From Octopus sinensis (Eukaryota), in the NCBI RefSeq assembly GCF_006345805.1, contig NC_043010.1:41106001-41170000 (forward strand): a DNA stretch of 64,000 nt, in the 5' to 3' direction. The translations under genes and the position numbers were made by a program. Of this stretch, positions 41,271-53,112 are shown piece by piece. The first letter of the stretch is position 1, and every line of letters starts with the position of its first letter. The notes under the pieces are model-generated. The model searched no databases, was not told where the DNA came from, and was given only the letters and a program-made list of their open reading frames with translations.

Positions 41271-41449
41271 CTTTTTAAGCTGTTGTATTTCTGCAGACTT
41301 GGCTTCACTATCCTCCTGTAGAACATGCAACTTCATTTTCACCGTTTCTAAATCTGTGATAGTCACTTGGTGTTCTTCCAGCTTTTGTCGTAGAGATCGG
41401 ATTTCTGTTTCTCTTTGGACACGACTGGCTTCTAGGTCACTGACTGTGG
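41271..41449 (-). CDS. FAM184A: FAM184-like exon (ATVSDLEASR...QQLKK, 179 nt, phase 1/0)
   Basis: Acceptor ttcttacag|CC completes the G|CC Ala codon. Donor AAG|gtctgg is weak but canonical GT. Coiled-coil composition. Confidence 0.8.
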
Positions 41450-41854
41450 CTGTAAGAATAAAACATAATACTGGTGACCATGGGCTATCAACACTGCCAA
41501 ATGCAAAAACAAAAATGTATGACACACAAGACCATAACTAGCCATAGTAATATCCACAGTACTGACCAATTGCAGTTACATTCTGGACATGGTAAAATCT
41601 GTATTTTTGACCAGTGTAACACAGTACTGACCAGTAACATCCACACTCTCGATCACAGTAACAACTCCACAGATCACTGAAACATTCAGACCACAATAAC
41701 ACTTGCAGAACTGACCAGCTACAAACATGCGCCTCACCACAGTAGGCCTGCACCACTGACCACCCAAATAATCATATCACAGACCAATTACAACCACAGT
41801 GAAAACTTCAGCAACACTTACATCACCAATTTCTTAAATGCAAGTTTAATACTC

Positions 41855-42260
41855 TTACTCTTTACTCTTTTACTTGTTTCAGCCATTTGATTGCGGCCAT
41901 ACTGGAGCACCGCCTTTAATCGAGCAACTCGACCCTGGGACTTATTCTTTTGTAAGCCCAGTACTTATTCTATCGGTCTCTTTTGCCGAACCGCTAAGTA
42001 ACGAGGACATAAACACACCAGCATCGGTTGTCAAGCAATGCTAGGGGGACAAACACAGACACACAAACACACACACGCATATATATATATACATATATAT
42101 GACAGGCTTCTTTCAGTTTCCGTCTACCAAATCCACTCAAGGCTTTGGTCGGCCCGAGGCTATAGTAGAAGACACTTGCCCAAGGTGCCACGCAGTGGGA
42201 CTGAACCCAGAACCATGTGGTTGGTAAACAAGCTACTTACCACACAGCTACTCCTGCGCC
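41855..42260 (-). mobile_element. SINE family B copy, near consensus
   Basis: Full head, body and tail. Confidence 0.85.
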
Positions 42261-42469
42261 TATGTTGAAATTATTTTCAAAAAGGACTCTCAATGAACGG
42301 AAGTGTTATGTCTGTAATATTTTTTGGTTATGGACCAAGATATAATACAAAAGATATGTTTAAAAGAAAAAGTGAATAGCAATGATGGGATTACTAAGTG
42401 GATGGAGCCAAGGATGAGGTGCTGGAGATAAGAATGGTGTGTAATGAGATGCAAAGTGAACGTTCTTAC

Positions 42470-42590
42470 CAGACAACTTCAAGATATTTGCTTGTTGCCG
42501 CTTTATTGTGCTGTCTTTTGTGATGGCCTCTTCTTGCAATAACGTACACAGAGATTGTTCCTCTGACAATGCCACCTGAGATTCTGCCAA
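42470..42590 (-). CDS. FAM184A: FAM184-like exon (LAESQVALSEE...ILKLS, 121 nt, phase 0/1)
   Basis: Acceptor catttccag|TTG, donor TCTG|gtaaga. The phase-1 end matches the next exon. Confidence 0.8.
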
Positions 42591-42959
42591 CTGGAAATGA
42601 TGACAGAGAAATAGAAATATTGGCATAAACAACAAAGAAAAAGTAAAAGGAGAATCATACAAATGATGGGGTTTTTTTTTATTACTGTTGGTATTGTTTC
42701 GTGGGTCCTCTCCAGCATCACCACATGCTAAACTTCATTCTTATAAATAATGACCCAAAGATAAAGCTGCATTAGATTAGCTTTTGAGTTTAGCAGAAAT
42801 GGTAGGCGTACCACAATAAATAAATGTAAATATCCTCCAAAGTCTACAAATAAGATGAAGCAGATTAGAGAAAAAGCTACACAGGAATTTTAGTGTTTTT
42901 CATCTTTTTCTGACTTAAGTATAAGTCAACAGTCCCTCACAATCTCTTGACTAAAAGAA

Positions 42960-43690
42960 TAAATGGAAGGACTGATTCTCGCTGCACAAGACCAATGCCT
43001 GATCACAAACAACTATAAAAGCAAAATAATCAAAACAGGCCTGAACAGCAAAACAATGAAAACAGGACCTAACAAGCAAATAGTCAAAACGGGCCCTAAC
43101 ACCAAATGCAGAATGTGCAACCAGCACAATAAGACAATTTACCACATCACCTCTGGCTGTCTAGTCCTAGCCAAATCTGAATATATATATATACAGACAT
43201 GACTGAGTAGGTTGTTATATCCCCTGGGCAATATGCCAACCCTACAACATAAAAAGTAACAGGAAATGGTATAAACATGTTCCAAACAAGGTACATGACA
43301 ACGACCAGGTCACAATCATCTGGGATATGCCTGTTCAAACTGTTCAAAGAAATCAAAGCTAATTCCCCAGACATAATAACCAAGGAGTGGAAAAAAAAAT
43401 TACCTGTTTACTGATAGACATTGCAGTTCCTTCTGGTCAAAATATTGTCCAAAAGGAAGTGGAGAAATTATCAAAGCACAAAGATCTTAAAGCTGAAGTA
43501 TCCAAAATGTGGAGCATGAAGATGAAAACAATACCAGAAATAAGTGGAGCATTGGGTATTAAAAACACATGAATAAAAACGTAGAAGCTATACCTGGACC
43601 CTCAACACTACACACTATCCAAAAAATAGCCCTGCTAGGAACAGCTCACATTCTATGCAAGACACTATTGACTCAATAGTAGAACCCAAA
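42960..43690 (+). mobile_element. Restriction-like-endonuclease non-LTR retrotransposon fragment (R4/Dong-like), decayed
   Basis: EGLILAAQDQ, CRMC...TIYHITSGC.VLAKSEY, IWDMPVQT, CLLIDIAVP, EKLSKHKDL, SGALG. Confidence 0.8.
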
Positions 43691-43740
43691 TAAAACAATC
43701 CACAAACACAGGACACACTCTATACAGTAAATATCCCAGT

Positions 43741-44010
43741 GCCGCCTCGACTGGCTTCCGTGCCGGTGGCACATAAAATACACCAATCTGACCGTGGCCG
43801 TTGCCAGCCTCGCCTGGCACCTGTGCAGGTGGCACGTAAAAAGCACCCACTACACTCACGGAGTGGTTGGCGTTAGGAAGGGCATCCAGCTGTAGAAACA
43901 TTGCCAGATAAGACTGGAGCCTGGTGCAGCCTTCTGGCTTCCCAGATCCCCAGTCGAACCGTCCAACCCATGCTAGCATGGAGAACGGACGTTAAGCGAT
44001 GATGATGATG
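43741..44010 (+). mobile_element. Retroposon family C with an (ATG)n tail
   Basis: gtggcacgtaaaaagcaccc...gttaggaagggcatccagc...catgctagcatgg...(gat)n. Confidence 0.8.
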
Positions 44011-44677
44011 AACATATGCTCTACAAGTCAGATACCCAACAGAAGAACACAACTCGTATTACACACACGACACACAATATGAACACAGTTTCAGCTGGGT
44101 TGGTAATGAAAGGGTTAAAGTATTAGGCAAGTAAATGAGATCATATCCTACAGAGATACTGGTGGTTGTGTAGGATTCAACTCATTGATTTATTTATTTA
44201 TTTACTTCCTCTCAAATGTTACTGTCCTTAACTTTTCTTTTGTACTTAGTTATGCTCCACTCCTAAAAAATACAGGTCAGGAGTATTTTTTAGAAGGCTA
44301 AGAAGGAACTAGGTACCTGGTCCAAATACCTACAACAGACTAGACTTTACTAAACGGTGTCCTTAGGAACATAAGAGGGTGGGGATGATGGTACTAAATG
44401 GATTAAGTCTTGTACCCAGGAGCAGATACCCAATGTCTAATCAACTCCACTCATAAGATTAGAGTAAAAGATACCTGTACATGGTTACATGCACAGCAAT
44501 TGCACTGCATGGTTGTGAAAATAACATCTCAATGAGTGATCAATAAGTAGTCGGTTGGTCAATAAGTTAGTAGGTAAGCAATCTCAAATTTACATCAGAT
44601 TCACAGGTTATTTATTTCAAATTACACACGTCATTCTTTTGGCACCATGACATGAACATAAACCTGCAAAAATTATA

Positions 44678-45054
44678 TCTTTATATATAAAAGTGAAGTT
44701 GTGTGTCTGTCTCCTACGATTTAGATTCCAAACTACTCCCACATTTTGCGGTGCAGTTTAACCAAAACCGGGTATCTTATAGTCGTGATTCATATCGAGC
44801 CCTTCTGGGTATTAGCGCGCGTCTACAATGAGTCTACGATTTTAAAAAAATTTACCATCATTTTTTTCGCTATTATATAAGGGAAGTAACTCTCTAAAAA
44901 TGTCTACCATGAGTCAACGATTTAAAAAAAATTTACCATCATTTTTTTTCCATTTTTAGTGCATTTTTTTGCTATTTTTTGGCTATAACTCTCTAAAAAT
45001 GCTTATATAGTTATTTCCCTTACAAACCCGAGCAACGCCGGGCAATACTGCTAG
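44678..45054 (+). mobile_element. Non-autonomous Helitron, 377 bp
   Basis: Inserted between A and T. 5' TC(TTTATATATAAAAG), subterminal hairpin CCCGAGC-aac-GCCGGG (45027-45042), 3' CTAG. Confidence 0.85.
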
Positions 45055-45119
45055 TCAAAAATAAAATCCAAAAGAGAAACAAAACAGAAAAAAAAAAAAA
45101 AATGGGTATCATATCTCAC

Positions 45120-45620
45120 CTTTGAGTTTAAGTTAGAAGTGCTGTCATCCCTGTCTTCTAACTCCTTCTTGAGAAGAGCCAACCGTGATTTATACTTGTC
45201 AGATTCTTGCTGAATCCGACTAATCTCGTTCTCAAGATGTTCAACTCTGCGACTGTACTCCCCCTTCACCTTACTCACTTCTTGCTCTAATTTCCCTTTG
45301 TCAGACCCCCAGATATGAAAACTGTCTTTAAGTTCTTTATCTTTCTCTTCAATTAACAGAGATATTTGTTCCATGTGTGCATCCTTCATTTGAGTTATTT
45401 TCGTCTCCCATTCTAAGTTCAGATTACTTTTTGCCTGCTCAAAATCACTAACTTGGTTCTTCCAATGTTCAGCTTCATTCTTGTAGAATGTTATCTGCTG
45501 GTCGCTGGCCATGTTTTCATGCTCTTTTATGTTTTTGGCATCGAGAAGGGTCTTGATTTCCTCCTGGTAGTGCTTATGGAGTTCTTCTATCACAGAATGG
45601 TGCTTGTCTTTGAGTTCTTT
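45120..45620 (-). CDS. FAM184A: FAM184-like exon (KELKDKHH...SNLNSK, 167 aa, phase 0/0)
   Basis: E/K-rich coiled-coil part of ORF 45051..45893. Acceptor tttttcag|AAA, donor AAG|gtgaga. Phase matches both neighbours. Confidence 0.85.
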
Positions 45621-45836
45621 CTGAAAAAGTAAAAAAATTATATAATACATATCAACATTATCACCATCATCATCATAATTTAACTCCCATTTTCCTTGCT
45701 CACAGAGGTTGGCTGGTTTGACAGGAGCTGGCCAGCTCAAGAGCTGCCCGGGTACCATGTCGGTTTTGGCATGGTTTCTATGGCTAGATGTCCTTCCTAA
45801 CACTAACGACTTGTGTGTATATGTGCGTGTGTGTAA

Positions 45837-45871
<35 letters not shown>

Positions 45872-45872
<1 letters not shown>

Positions 45873-46292
45873 AAAATTAGGGAATAAATCCAAACTTACA
45901 ATTATTTATTAGCCTTAATTAGCTCCCTATTTATTGGTTTATGTTCTAGTATTATAAATATACTAAGTGATTTGTAGTACATATTATATTAGTTTATTTT
46001 AGTTATATAGGTTCTGTTTTTAATTATAGTTAGATTATAGATGGTTTTTCATTGTATTAATAAATATTTTATTACTGAATAATAAATATTTAATGGTTTA
46101 TTGAATATTGAGTCTGATTCTGAAACCACCTGATGAATGTCTACTACTTAAAGAATCGATGACTGAAGACACGAAACGATCGTAGTGGATATTAATAATT
46201 GTTACATTTCTAAATAATATAAATTAATTTATGGGCTTAAGTCTTTCTTTGTTTGATTTGCATAATAGTGGTTTTGTCTCTAATTTAATATA
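45872..46292 (+). repeat. PLE pseudo-LTR-like segment carrying a hammerhead
   Basis: Shares the hammerhead and the downstream TAGTGGTTT(T)GTCTCTAAT end with 1299-1420. A similar end occurs at about 24910-24950. Confidence 0.55.
46126..46188 (+). ncRNA. Minimal type-I hammerhead ribozyme motif, same family as 1299-1341
   Basis: CCAC-CTGATGA-aTGTCT(24-nt loop)AGACAc-GAAA-CGATCG-TA-GTGG. Palindromic stem III. Confidence 0.75.
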
Positions 46293-46470
46293 ATATATAC
46301 ATATATATATATACACACACATATATATATACATATATTAATAAAAAGAATTCCAACCTTGTCTGATTTTCACGTTTTATTTACAATCTTATAATGATAT
46401 ATTATAAGATAATATATTATAATTGAATAAAATAAAATGAAATAGTAGAATGTTAAATATTCATTCTGAT

Positions 46471-46515
46471 TGAACTAGTACTTTCATGCATTGAATTCTG
46501 CAATCTTCGGGTTCA
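46471..46515 (-). ncRNA. Hammerhead motif in the PLE 3' region, sense to the ORF
   Basis: Minus strand reads TGAAC-CCGAAGA-tTGCA(gaattcaa)TGCAt-GAAA-GTAC-TA-GTTCA. It has a U4-to-C change and lies about 480 nt past the GIY-YIG stop. Confidence 0.7.
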
Positions 46516-46996
46516 TGTAGTAGTGTTGACAGTCATGCTTCACAATTTTTGACTGTAGCAAGATGATTGATTCTGTGCTATAAATACAGCTGGGTAGGCT
46601 CCAGAGTGCTAGGTTTTGCAAACTGTATTCTGACCAATCAGTGTGTAGTATCACTCAATTACTTAAGCTGATTGGTTGGTTGAGCTGATTGGTTTAGGCA
46701 TCACGCTTTGTTGGACATGTCAAGAGTCCTGTATCTTGACCCTGGCCGAAGCAGCAATTGTTGGGTTATTTTTAGAAATGTTGTAAATATCCTTTGTCAG
46801 AGATTTTTATATTTTTATATTTCAATTGTCATCATCATCATTGTCAGCACCTTAATTATTGTTGCTAGTGGTGATGGTGGTGGCAATAGAACTTTTAACC
46901 CTAAATAAGATAATTTTCCTGCTATCTTCATCTTGATCACCTTTAGTATTGTTGTTGTTGTTAGTGGTCATGGTCGTAGCAGTGGAAGTAATACCT

Positions 46997-49320
46997 CTAA
47001 GTATTATTATTATTATTATTGCTTATTAGCTTGGGTTCGAATTTATCAATAAAATTCTTTTCTCTGATTTTCCTCTCGATTTCACTTGGGCTGTGTAATT
47101 TGTAGAATGGAAATATTATATATATTTTCCGACCACATGTTGCTAGGTGGTTACTCAAAGGTATCTGACGGACCTCTGGGTCTCTAATCTGTTGCCGGTG
47201 TACACGTGAGCGTTCTAATAGTGCGTTTCCCGTCTGACCTACATATATTTCTTCACAATTTGGGCATTTGATGCAGTAAATTAAATTTCTGCTTTTGCAG
47301 TTCATATTCGCGTTTGTGAATATTTTCCCGGTTTTTGTGTTTATATATTGACCGGTATGTATGAATTGGCATGTGCCACATCGGCTATCATTGCATTTAG
47401 ATACCGTGAATGTTTGGTCTTTGTTGCTGAGGTCAAATTTTGCCTTTGTTAGTAATGTTTTCAAGTTTTTAGGCTGTCTTTTACTAAGCACCATAGCTCG
47501 ATCCGTGATTATGTCTTTTAATTCATTACTTTGGGCAATGATTGGTAGGTTTGCTTTGGCAATGTTGAAGATATTCTGGTGACATGGGTTGTGTGTCACT
47601 ATGAATGGTATGACTTGTTCTTGTTTTCCTCTTCCTTGGGTTGTCCTAAGTTGTTGTATAGGTATTTTTATAGCCCGCTGTATGCCATTTTCTATAAGTA
47701 GAGATGGGTATTTTTGTTTGAGCAAAAATTCTCTTAGTTCTATTAGGCGTTTGTCCTGATATTTGCATCTTCTACAATAGTACAAATTCTTCTGGCTAGG
47801 CAGTATGGGATGTTACGTTTTGTATGTGGTGGATGGCACGACTTAAAATTTAGGTATTGATGTGTGTCTGTGTGTTTATAGTATATATCTGTGGTGATGG
47901 TGGTGTCTTTTTTAATTACCATTATATCCAGGAATGGTAATTTGGTACTACTCATCTCCTTTGTAAATTGGAGAGATGGGTGTAGGTTGTTCAGGAGGAT
48001 ATTGAACTCTTCCAGAGTATTTAGAGATTCTGTCCAGATTATGAAACAGTCGTCTAGGTATCTCTTCCATGCCTTTTCAATATACTTTCTAAACCCAGTG
48101 CCATAGTTTACCTCCACCTCTTGGTAGAGTTGTTCTTCTAAGTATCCCATTACAGAGTTGGCGTAAACGGGAGCAAACCTCGTTCCCATCGCCGTGCCTC
48201 TAATTTGGATGTAATTCTTTCCATTGAAGAAGAATGTGTTATTTTCTAGAATAAGCTTGACTGTGTCTAATATAAATGGCACTGTGAATCTGCTGGGAAT
48301 CACTTCTCTATGTTTTCTAACCAGTATTTAATCGCTTTATTCCTAAATCGTGTGGAATATTGGTGTAGAGGCTTACCACATCAAAACTTAGTAAAACTGA
48401 ATTTGTTTCTGTTGTTTTGGGAAGATGGGACAGGAAGTCGATGTCATCCCTGATGAAACTTGGTATGTAAGTACATAGTGGTTTCAAAACAATGTCAATA
48501 AAATTGCTTAGACGGTGTGTAGGGCATGCTGGACCAGCTATAATAGGTCTAAGTTTTAGGTCTTTTGGATGTAATAATTTTATGTACTCACTTTCTTGTT
48601 CTTTTACTGCCTGTTGAATGTTTTTTGATTTGTGTATTTTTGGTAAGCCGTAGAAGTTGCTGGGTTTTGGTTCAAAATTGGTGATGTAGTCTTTTTCATT
48701 ATCCGTAAGTGAGTTGTGGTGTGTTGAAATCAGGTTGTTGATCTTTTTCATGATGTGGTGGTCTATATTTGCGGGTATTTCACAATAGAAGGTTGTATCC
48801 TTCAGTTGGTCTTCAACCAAATCCTTATAGTATTCGGTATCCATAATAACAATTGCACCACCTTTATCTGCTTGTTTAATTATTATTGTTTGATCGTTTT
48901 GTATACGTTTACATGCAGACATCTCTGATTTGCTAATGTTTGGCCTAACATTGGTATTGCGTCTAAGGGGAAATTTAGACAGGATATCAATGTATTGGTC
49001 AAGGTAGTTATTTCTTCCTTTTGGTGGGGTGAAATTTGATTTATTCCTTACTAGGGATTCATCAATCTCATTACTTTTGTTAGCGAAGAATTCTACAAGT
49101 CGTAATTTTCGACAGAATTTTTGGATATCCTCCTTTAATTCTTGGTGGTTGGCTGTTGGTGTAGGTGTGAATTTCAGTCCTTTTGACAGAAGTTGGATTT
49201 CATCATTGTCAAAATCTCTTTTTGATAAATTAATTATTTTAGGATCTATACGTTCAGTTGTTTGGGGTATGTTTCCTCTTGGATTTTTTCTTTCTCCGGT
49301 GTTTGTTGTCCTGACGTAAA
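46997..49320 (-). pseudogene. PLE RT/GIY-YIG polyprotein broken by frameshifts near 48320 and 47770
   Basis: ORFs 48317..48922, 47743..48303 and 46997..47785 are consecutive parts of one protein in different frames. The first frame extends upstream without an ATG (IINLSKRDF...KGLKFTPTP). Confidence 0.88.
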
Positions 49321-50195
49321 AAAATGGATTTTTTTCTGGTTATGATTTATATTCCTGTTGATGTTTGCTTGATGAATTTTGCGTTTTGGTTGTGGTACTT
49401 TACTTGGTTTCGTTATGTTTTCTGTCTTGTTTTTGGTATTATGTATGCTACTTTTCAATTTCTTGTTAGCATTGTTTTTAACCACCTGGAGAAATGATCT
49501 GGGTTTACTTCTAGATCTAGATCGGTTTTTTGTCCAGTTTCTTGTGGGTAATCTCTGTTGAGGTCTTGAAAATGATCTGTTATTTCTACTGCTAATGGTC
49601 TGTTCAAAACAATATCTATTTTGTTTGTGCTTTTTGTTCCTGTTGTGTGCATTGGGGTGTTTGCATACAAAATGGGAAGAGTTCTTACCGTAGTTCGTCT
49701 TCGATTCGTGGTGAAACAGGTGTTCATGTTGCCACGTGTTCTGGTGTATGTTGCGTTGGTGAGGTTGTCCACTTTTAATGCTATTTCTCGGGGCTCTGTT
49801 GTCTTTACCGTAGTTTGTAGCATATTTGTCGAGAAATAATTGTTTCCGCTGCCAAAACTTTCTTGATCTGCTTTTTCTTTTGAGATATCTCTGATCCATA
49901 GTTCTCGCATTTTTTCTGCTATATTGCCGGTCGTTAGTTTGGATATTTCATCTCTGATTTGATCATCGATAGCTTCGTATTTGGCTTTGTAGCGGGATTG
50001 TTTATTAATATTTATTAATATATTCTTCTATACACAATCACACACACCCATATATACATATATATATACATATATATATACACACATATATATACATATA
50101 TATATACACACACACATATATATATACACACACACACACATATATATACACACATACACACATATATATACACACATATATATACATATATATAT

Positions 50196-50235
<40 letters not shown>

Positions 50236-50415
50236 CTGGCACCTGTGCCAGTGACACGTAAAAAGCACCCACTACACTAACAGAGTGGTTGGCGTTAGGA
50301 AGGGCATCCAGCCGTAGAAACATTGCCAGATCAGACTGGGCCTGGTGCAGCCTTCTGGCTCCCCAGACCCCAGTTGAACTGTCCAACCCATGCTAGCATG
50401 GAAAGCGGACGCTAA

Positions 50416-50447
<32 letters not shown>
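50236..50447 (+). mobile_element. Family C copy
   Basis: Near-consensus body and (GAT)n tail. Confidence 0.8.
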
Positions 50448-50608
50448 ATATATATACATACATATATATATATTATATATATATATAGATATATATATAT
50501 ATATGTATATATAGATATATATATAGATATATATATATGTGTATATATAGATATATATATAGATATATATATATATATGTGTATATATAGATATAGATAT
50601 ATATATAG

Positions 50609-50657
<49 letters not shown>

Positions 50658-52059
50658 TCGTTTTTAATGCTTGAACATGAAGTAGATAAAGCTATAAATA
50701 TTAACATGTAAATAACAGGTTGAAAAGAATCCTTTGGGTGAAAAAAAATTCAATAGATTCCCATGGTACTTGAACACACACAACTTTTATGACATAATAT
50801 ATATATCCATATATATTATAGTATATTATATTATGTCATATCATTATGACCAAGGGCCAGGATAACTGGTGATATGAGTGTCTTGAGATGTGTACATACA
50901 AACACACACACACATGACTGGGCACTTTACCCAATTTCTTTTTTCCTTAAGATACCCTCGGCATCTCTTCCTTGATGCCCTTTACTTTTCTTACTACCCA
51001 GAAACATTTCATTTGTTATCCCCATTCTTCATCCATTAATACCATTCTCTCTTACCCACAATTCATTAATCAATCCACCGCCGCCGCCACCACCACCACC
51101 ACCACCACCACCATACACTTCTCACCTTCTCATGCACTACACCCTCCCTTTCACTTCCCCATTCACTCCTGCAACCTACCGAACATTGCCCCCCTCTCTT
51201 GTCCTTCTCCTCTCTACTGTTTAATCATTGCTGTTCTGCTGTTCACCACTGTCAGTCATTCCCTACTTTCCCCACTCTCGTTGCTCTACACTTCTATCTT
51301 CTTTTCAAAAAATGTGAGGAGTCACGTATCTTCTCAACAGCAACAAACCAAACCTGTTCCACTCTGACCCCTTTTACCAATCTTTTACCAATCTTTTACC
51401 TCTTCATCTCCTAACACAAAATTTCCACCCAACCCACCAAGGTTCATAGTCTTTCAAATTACATTAAAGTTTTACTAGTTCTGGGGCCATGTAAAACACA
51501 CATTATACACACTGTAAAGTGATTGGCTTTAAGAAGGGCGCATCTGGCCATAGAAATTTCTGATTTTGGAACATTGTTTTTAATTTTATTTAGAAATGTT
51601 ATTTTCACTTGAAGCAGTTAGAAGGTGGAACTCCAATATGGTCAGAACCATAATATTTTAAAACAACTAAAGAAATTAAATAGATAACAAAAACTATTTA
51701 AAAAATAGTTAGAAAGACACACATTTGAATCAAAATGGATAAATCGATTTAACGGTAGCGAAATGGTGTAAGGGAGATAACATTGCTGCTAATTACCTCC
51801 CTTGGAACAGATTTCCATATTTATCTCTGTTTCTAAAATAAACGTTTTTAATTTGAATTTCATCACGAATCTTTTGTTGCCGGTATTTTTTCTCTGTTTG
51901 GCATGAGTTGAGAGGCTATGATAGCAACTTGCCATTCATCGTAGCCCTCTTAGTCAGTACACAGCAACAGACAACTGCTCAACTTTGTTGCATTTTTTTT
52001 TGTTTCCTTTTCGGAATGCTTTTGTAGCTGGACTCTGGGTAACTCACCCCATCAACAAC

Positions 52060-52153
<94 letters not shown>

Positions 52154-52198
52154 ATATATATCTGTCTGTTTGTCTGTCTGTATGTATGCATGTATGCA

Positions 52199-52244
<46 letters not shown>

Positions 52245-52291
52245 TGTTTGTCTGTCTGTCTGTATGTATGTATGTATGCATGTATGCATGC

Positions 52292-52328
<37 letters not shown>

Positions 52329-52332
52329 ATAT

Positions 52333-52365
<33 letters not shown>

Positions 52366-52525
52366 AGAGGGGGGGAGATGATATCATCTTTCACTCTTCC
52401 TTAACTTTTCAAATTTAAATTTTGTAGCATTAATAGTTTCTAAGATAAAATAGTAAACAACCAAGCATACAAGCTGAACAAAAAAGGAGAGGTACCTAAG
52501 TTTTGAAAACATTAGACTGAAATAC

Positions 52526-52894
52526 CTCAGATTTATCAAAAGATTTTAACTTCTCCTGAAAGGCTTTCTTCTCTTCAAGCATTTCTCCTGAAAATTCCCA
52601 CAGTTTTTTCCGATAGTTTATCTCAGCTTGGTGCAGTTTTTCTGTCATTTCAATCTGGTAGTCTTCAAAGTCTTCAGTGAACTTTTTCTGTTGTTCCTGC
52701 TGACAGCTGACCAACTTCTCAAGATCAACAATTCGGTCGTGGTGCTTGTTGACTTCCAACAGTTTTTCTTTGTATTGAAGGAGTTTAACTTTCATCTGAG
52801 ATCCAAGCTTCTCTAAATCTTCTTTGTGTTGATCTCTTAGGTGCAACAGCATGTTTTCATGTTCATCTTTTTTAGTGTTCAAAGCATAAATCAC
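52526..52894 (-). CDS. FAM184A: FAM184-family coiled-coil protein, first exon seen in the window (VIYALNTKKDEHE...KSFDKSE, 123 aa, phase 0/0)
   Basis: VIYALNTKxDEHE matches the conserved FAM184A/B N-terminal motif that follows MSKKIAQLTK. Acceptor tttaaag|GTG, donor GAG|gtattt. The A versus B paralog label is nominal for an invertebrate. Confidence 0.85.
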
Positions 52895-53112
52895 CTTTAA
52901 ACAAAAAGAACAAGAGACAAGCATTGATTAAATATTATTTCCATGAAAAAAATAAGGTGGCAAGCACCAGGCTAAATATCTTAAAGTAGTTTTTTTTTTT
53001 AAAGAAAAAATAGGAACAAAAAAGGATCTCTAAATATCTCCTTTTTAAGGATCAGTTTTTTAAACCTTAGTTCCAAACTGCTAAGTGTATGGAAAATAGA
53101 AAAAGTCTATAC

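Larger units (their letters stand above)
46340..50003 (-). mobile_element. Penelope-like retroelement (Neptune-type), 5'-truncated and frameshifted
   Basis: PLE RT motifs KGLKFTPTP, IKQADKGG, FYGLPKIHK, LRPII, SFDVVSLYTNIP, GTAMG, RYLDD, LPFLD. Cys linker KCNDSRCGTC. GIY-YIG NLIYCIKCPNCEEIYVGQT. The 3' region has CCAAT boxes and a hammerhead. Element ends are approximate. Confidence 0.93.

Noticed and set aside
41540-41810. Loose repeats of an actgacca motif
   Set aside because: A degenerate minisatellite with irregular period; no array structure or coding support.
51905-51960. Hairpin gagaggctatgat/atcgtagccctc with minus-strand CTGACTA
   Set aside because: The core deviates and there is no GAAA or stem III.
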